Positions 51,159 through 56,582 of a stretch of DNA of 56,582 nt are shown here, piece after piece; within the stretch, counting starts at the first letter, position 1, and each line of letters starts with the position of its first letter. The translations under genes were made by a program, and so were the position numbers. The notes beneath the pieces were generated by a model. That model was not told where the DNA came from. It did not search any database and worked only from the letters and a program-made list of their open reading frames with translations. Origin of the DNA: Fibrobacteria bacterium (GTDB lineage Bacteria; Fibrobacterota; Fibrobacteria; UBA11236); contig JAYTHY010000114.1 in the NCBI GenBank assembly GCA_043732185.1, positions 1-56,582 of the forward strand. The letters run 5' to 3'.

Positions 51159-52381
51159 TCACAGGGCGGCCACATCAAGGCGGAGGCGCATGCGGTCTAA
51201 GGCAAACGGTCCATGAGGATGTTCCCAGCCTATCAGCCATCGGGCCCCTGTCGTTACCACCGAGTTTACGATATTGTCTTTCATTAAGGTTTCCATAATT
51301 AGAGATGAGTGTGGGCCGATGAGGAGTTCCCCGGCTATGAAGGGCATGACCTGGAGTGGCAAGCGAGGAAGCCGAGTACTGCCGGAGGGGCATTCGACTG
51401 CAGTACCAACTGCACCAGACGGCGAGACCGCACCGACTGCACAGCCGGTTTGAAAGCCCGCGGACTGGGTTAGAAAATGGTGATTGTCCAAAAAATAGGC
51501 CCCTCCGCTTAATTGCGCTGGACCAAAGTGCTTGGCAACTACAGGCGTAACCAGATTGAATTGGGCATTGGAGCCCGCCACCACTCCGATTCCGCCACCT
51601 CCCACGCCACCGCCAATCAAAACGGCCCCGACTCCACCGGCCGCCAATCCGAAAAGATCCAGCATATCATAGGCGATGACAAAACCCGGCAAATACGTGG
51701 TTTCGTCGAGTACTCGGAGCTTGAGACCGAGATCGAAAAACCCCAGCACGATAACGCCCGCCGCGCCTCCACTGATTATGGCCGGGCCCCCTCCTCCCGC
51801 TCCTCCGGCAGCGGCCGGAATTGGAAATCCTCCCGCCCATAGATCAAACTGGAGGCGCCTGGAAAGCCCCATTCCCAAGCGCGCCATCAGAACCTCATCA
51901 TCACTTATGACGAATTCTCCCGGAGCGAGCGTCTGCACCGAATATATCCGACATCTCGCCCGTCCGGAGCGAACAGATTGCCTTCGACTTCAAGTCGACC
52001 TGCTTCGGCGCCTGCAGATCCAATTCCCGTCAAACCTGTGAAGGACCGGGCTGCCGAGAGCGCCATACCTAAGGGGGCTGCCGTGGCCCCTAAAGGTTCA
52101 GTCGCCTTGACGTTGACTAGAAGTGTAAAATGCGGGCCAGGTGTTACGGATGAATCAACACTTTGTCCCGCACCCACAGCCCGGTTTGCCGCTGCCACGA
52201 CCATTGAATCCATGGCAGAGGGATGCAAAGGATTTGGTTGCACTGCGATCGTCAGCGTATTTGGATAACGCCCTAATCCACCCACCCTGGCTTCCCTAAT
52301 TGAACCAATCGCGCACCCGTCCAATACAACCCACACGCACCCCAAGGTACCTAAACCAAAAAGGCGACTTGAGGTAATCAT
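51159..52381 (-). pseudogene. Split Gly-rich envelope/lipoprotein of unknown function
   Basis: Lipobox LDGC in the 5' ORF; frame switch near 51938 into TLAPGE..GLS.RLQ..LGLKLR, which looks beta-barrel-like. Confidence 0.5.
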
Positions 52382-52501
52382 TTCTGTTTTTCCTTAATGG
52401 CTGGAAAGTTTTGGGCGACTTGGCCTGTGGGACCTTAGTTGGATGTGGAGAGAAGACTAAAAATTATTCCCCCAGACAGGCGAATAAAAAGAGGATGATC
52501 A

Positions 52502-53018
52502 ATGAAATACTTATTTTCCTTCGTAACATTTTGTGCCTGCATTGTTGGTTGCATAACAGGTGGGGAAAATTCTGGGCCTGCGGCATAAGCAAACCCTCCT
52601 ATCTGGAGCCGTTGTTCAAGAAATTGAAAAGCTCAAAAGAAAGGGTGATGGATCCGGTATCGAGGGCCAATGGACTTTTTTGGATGAAACCTATCGTGTA
52701 CTTACCGGAGAAATCACCTTACAGGAGCAGGCCATCTACGATACCATATTTGTACAATCCAAACGCAATCGCCCGATTGGGAATTCAACTTTTCAATTCA
52801 AAGATGCCACACTGGATAAAAATACTGTAGAATTGACGGGACAAAAAACGATGGAAAAAGTCCGAATCTTCAGTACAAAAATAGAAAGCCGAACCTATAC
52901 AAGTACCGTTACAGGTCACGACACCTACACATACGACCAATCCCCAAAAACGTGTCCGATCAAACCATTCATGCCCGTTTGGTATATTGAATTCTTGATA
53001 AAAAACATTAGGCTATAA
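52502..53018 (+). pseudogene. Frameshifted hypothetical lipoprotein
   Basis: ATG 52502 MKYLFSFVTFCACIVGC (RBS GAGG) stops after 28 codons; coding-like frame continues to 53018. Confidence 0.5.
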
Positions 53019-53263
53019 TCGATGAAACGTTTCTGATTTATTGGATTAATGTTCCCAATAGACCCTATCTAAACTACAGGTGAAGCTTCAATTCAATCCC
53101 AATCGTTTATGCCTGCGCAGGACTCAAATTGGGAACGGATGTGGCCTTCACCGTAGGGGATGAAGCGCATAAGAGTGACCAACAATTTATAGAAAAGGGA
53201 ATAAGCAGTCCCTGCAATAGACCAGCGGTATGGTATCAGCGCGCATACCCCCACCCTATTTTG

Positions 53264-54448
53264 CTACGGCCTAAATTTATGCTTACGGAATTTTCCTTTT
53301 TGGCCGAGGATATTGAATGACACTTTCGACGACTTAGGCAGATTGAAGTATGGTCTACTCTGCTTGTTTTCAGCGAGTATAGTCGCCCCCTTTAAGGCGT
53401 TTTTCAGATTTCCGGTTTCCATAGTTCCCTTACCTCCGGTTGCTTCCCAGAAGTTATATAGGTAGGTGCCATCGTCGCTCTGAAGACCAAACCACTCCGC
53501 CTCTTTGTCATAGTTTATCCATTCTACAGGGGTGAGCGGAGCATCGGACAGCACCACAATGAGAAGCCGAAAATCTTTCTGGGATGTCACCGAGCTAGGC
53601 GACCGCGCGCCCAGATCTGAAAGGATGCGCGCGTTGTCGTATCGAATCTTGGTCGTCGCTTCGAATTCATTTGTCGAATCATTATATGCTGTAATGTCCC
53701 GGAAAACATCGAATGGAGTCACTCCGGTTACTGGAATCATCCCCATCAGATAACGTTCGAATTCAGAGTATGGGACTGAATTTCCACCATTGGCAAATTG
53801 TCCGAATGCGGCGGTCCGATAACGGTTGGCGTTGCCGCCTACGTTAGCGATGAGGGTGCTCTGAACGAATCCGCCCAGCTGTCCGGCGGTATTGCCACCC
53901 GTAAAGCCCCAGTGGGCCCTGAAGTCCTTAATGGCTCCACAGCAGCCTGGGCCATACGGATCGAATGCCCAAGCGGCGATGCCGTGGTTTCCCCAGTTGT
54001 GCATAAGCTCGTGCAACGACGGGCCGTAACGGACGTAGTCCTTACCCGTCAAACCCATCACTGACTTTAGGCGACCAGCTGACCCGTAGCTGCTGGAATA
54101 ATCAAAAACCGATGCGCCAAGGCCGGTGGTTTTCTGGGAAACCGTAATATTTATTCCCGCATAGGTTAGGTTAACCGGCATCTTCACTTCGTTGAGCACC
54201 AAGAAAATAAAATCGAACGCGTCATTGAAGGTCAAATAAATATCCTTGACGAGAGCCATGCGTTTGGCGTTGACCAAGAACTCGTCTTTATCCTTCCAGC
54301 TTTGGTATTCCACCGGCGTCATCTGCAGGCTAGCGATCCGCTGATTCGCGTGGATGGTGATGGGATGGGTCTGCGCCATAGCACTCGAGGCCAGGATAAG
54401 AATGAATAAAAAACAGTCGAACCGGATCCATTTTTTTGTGATTTGCGT
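53264..54448 (-). CDS. Secreted HEXXH zinc-peptidase-like protein; signal peptide begins at ACG
   Basis: DAFDFIF, SLHELMHNWGN, HWG, YS.FE.YLMG; 23 in-frame codons upstream of ATG 54379 form a signal peptide. Confidence 0.7.
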   Translation of the reverse strand, partial: TQITKKWIRFDCFLFILILASSAMAQTHPITIHANQRIASLQMTPVEYQSWKDKDEFLVNAKRMALVKDIYLTFNDAFDFIFLVLNEVKMPVNLTYAGINITVSQKTTGLGASVFDYSSSYGSAGRLKSVMGLTGKDYVRYGPSLHELMHNWGNHGIAAWAFDPYGPGCCGAIKDFRAHWGFTGGNTAGQLGGFVQSTLIANVGGNANRYRTAAFGQFANGGNSVPYSEFERYLMGMIPVTGVTPFDVFRDITAYNDSTNEFEATTKIRYDNARILSDLGARSPSSVTSQKDFRLLIVVLSDAPLTPVEWINYDKEAEWFGLQSDDGTYLYNFWEATGGKGTMETGNLKNALKGATILAENKQSRPYFNLPKSSKVSFNILGQKGKFRKHKFRP

Positions 54449-54765
54449 ATACGCCCCCTTTTTCTCTCACCTTAAAGCATACATTGCAAATCGCCAAGGC
54501 GGGATGGTCTAATACCTTCATTTATAGCCGCACGGTTTTCCATCCAAATCGTTCACTGACAGCAGCCAACAGGAGGTTCAGTGAATAATACGATAATATT
54601 GAATGAGCGAAACGAGCTATGAATGGGAATAAAGCACCCATTTTTTGGGGATATTTAATATGAAAATAGAAGTGTTAAACTTTTCTTCTAAAATGCCCTG
54701 CATTTTACGAATAAAACCTTATGATTAATGACAGCATGCCTCGCAATGTGTGCCAGGAGCCGTTT

Positions 54766-56475
54766 ATGAAATCGATTTTGCTAGGTGCATTGTTCCTATT
54801 CAGCCTGGGTTATTCTGGAACCCGCATGAATATGGGTTCAGCAGGTGATTATTTTACAGAATTGAAAAATCGGAATTTAAAACCCGGTTCACGGTTTTCA
54901 TTTGTTTCGAGCCGAGGTGAAAATTTTACAGTTCCGATCAGGGACTTCTATATGAAAAACAACAGGTTGTCGGTTACTGGCCAGTCCAGTCAAGGGGATA
55001 TTTCGGAATTCATTTTCAAAGGCACTCCGGGTAACTTATACGGTTGGATTGTGCTTGAAAGCCGTCATATTGCCTATGAATATACCACGGATATCAATGG
55101 CCGATTGGTGGTAGAAGAAGTGCCCATGGAAAAAATCAAACCGGTATGCAGCATCAGTGGCAGACACAGCACCAGCAACGTCCTGCCCAAACTAGCTGCT
55201 AATCCGTTACAGGCAGCTGGCCCAGAGCGCCACATAGGCTCATACGACAACCGGGACATCCGCACTCTGCAAAGTCGCCCCGGCAGCAAAAAGGTGATCT
55301 ATCTCGACATAACCCGCACCCTAAATGGGGCCACGCCTCTATTTCTTACCAAAGAGGGAGTATGGCAAACCTGGCAGACTGTTTCATCTCTGTTATCCGC
55401 ATTTGATGTGAATGTCACCACGGATAAAAGTGTTTATGATTCCACCGAAGTTGTAAATTCCGGTATAGCGCGGTTTACCAACACTAGTACAGGCTCATTC
55501 GCGTCACTGAATTCTTTTGGAACCACTGATTATTGTACGCTTGAACCCGAATCAGATGGTTACGCACAAGGCCGCATTGCCGGGCATGAAATCAGTCACC
55601 AGTTTGGCCTCGACCACGATGGTGGCGTACCCGGTGAAAATGGCGGCACTGAATATTTTCTCGGACTTTCAGAATTCCACTGGACTCCTTTAATGGGATC
55701 CGTTTGGGTGGGAGATCGCTGGGGAGATAACGCGCTCTACCAATACAGTAAAGGAGAATACAATACCGCCACCCAAAAACAAGATGATTTAAAACTAATA
55801 AACCGGTACTTTGATTATCTGCCCGATGATAAACCCCGACCTGTGCCACTGGTCATTAGCGAAAATGGTGGTGTGGTTTCAGCCTTGCAGAATCGAGGCT
55901 TTATCGGTGCAAATAGTGACAGCGATGCATTTCAATTCGAGATTAAGGCTGGTGGGGGCAAAGCCCAGTTGCACATCGATCGAACGGAATATCTAGGGGG
56001 TGCCATGCTAGATGTCCAAGCGGAACTACACGATAATTCCGGAAATCTGATTGCCAAAAGCAATCCCAAAGCGTCTCGTTTCGCAGATCTGGTTAATGAT
56101 TTGGTACCGGGTCGTTACACACTGTTGATTAAAGGCGGTGCTGAAGGCACCCCTCAAACTGGTTTTTCAAATTATTCATCAATGGGGTATTATGCCATTG
56201 AGGGCACCGTTGCAAATTCGACCGTTTCCGTGGTGAATCTGCCTCAGAAGGCCAGGGCAAAAATAACGATCAGCCCAAGTGGCAGCATGCACATTGAAGG
56301 AATGGATCCTACGACACGAATTTTGAACTCGAAAGTCTATTCTGTTTCCGGTAAGCTGATTTTCAGCCAGGGTATCGGCGGTGTGAACTATAATTTGGGG
56401 GATATTCCTGCGGGAGTTTACCATGTCCTGATTCATACCACTGGCGGAATTGTCCATCAGGATTTCGTAAAATAA
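54766..56475 (+). CDS. Secreted metzincin (M12B/reprolysin-like) protease with PPC-like domain and T9SS-like CTD
   Basis: HEISHQFGLDHDG, Met-turn WTPLMG, DSDAFQF..PGRYTL; C-tail KVYSVSGK..PAGVYHV..FVK; start set at ATG 54766 after AGGAG. Confidence 0.87.
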   Translation: MKSILLGALFLFSLGYSGTRMNMGSAGDYFTELKNRNLKPGSRFSFVSSRGENFTVPIRDFYMKNNRLSVTGQSSQGDISEFIFKGTPGNLYGWIVLESRHIAYEYTTDINGRLVVEEVPMEKIKPVCSISGRHSTSNVLPKLAANPLQAAGPERHIGSYDNRDIRTLQSRPGSKKVIYLDITRTLNGATPLFLTKEGVWQTWQTVSSLLSAFDVNVTTDKSVYDSTEVVNSGIARFTNTSTGSFASLNSFGTTDYCTLEPESDGYAQGRIAGHEISHQFGLDHDGGVPGENGGTEYFLGLSEFHWTPLMGSVWVGDRWGDNALYQYSKGEYNTATQKQDDLKLINRYFDYLPDDKPRPVPLVISENGGVVSALQNRGFIGANSDSDAFQFEIKAGGGKAQLHIDRTEYLGGAMLDVQAELHDNSGNLIAKSNPKASRFADLVNDLVPGRYTLLIKGGAEGTPQTGFSNYSSMGYYAIEGTVANSTVSVVNLPQKARAKITISPSGSMHIEGMDPTTRILNSKVYSVSGKLIFSQGIGGVNYNLGDIPAGVYHVLIHTTGGIVHQDFVK

Positions 56476-56582
56476 TTGCGGTTGAACCGTAAGCGTTCGG
56501 TGAACCCCATCTTTTAGAAAACGGCATGGATGTCTATTCTCTCATGGTTTTCACCAAGGAGGCTAGATGAACAGGGACCAGT

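Noticed and set aside
1..56582. Prophage, IS, integron or anti-phage defence system
   Set aside because: No integrase, transposase, phage structural, nuclease or attC-like signatures recognised

Overview
Bacterial chromosomal window with no rRNA, tRNA, CRISPR array or transposase that I can recognise. A TIGR02147-family gene and many secreted proteins with T9SS-like C-terminal tails suggest a free-living Fibrobacterota lineage (inference). Left arm (1-16.8 kb, intact): NmrA/SDR oxidoreductase; a lipoprotein + lipo-cytochrome c pair; tsaC; a minus-strand flagellar-associated locus (TPR-GT2, sigma54-type promoter, MerR-like HTH, three large GT2-TPR proteins, sigma28-type promoter, flgM); feoAB; queD. 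The rest is an accessory patchwork. Intact genes include DUF1080, Kelch, methyltransferase, DUF2079, GH29 fucosidase with an F-type lectin domain, TIGR02147 + ThuA lipoprotein, PYROXD2-like oxidoreductase, MetF-like, norCBQD with di-haem NorC, MFS, ArsR-SRPBCC and metalloproteases. About a dozen other genes are broken, mostly by internal deletions rather than single-base indels. Best candidates for undescribed biology: the MerR/GT2-TPR/flgM locus, the TIGR02147-ThuA-fucosidase unit, a short C-terminal sorting-like motif, a structured leader before the metF-like gene, and the deletion signature. All family calls come from motif recognition by eye; no searches were run.
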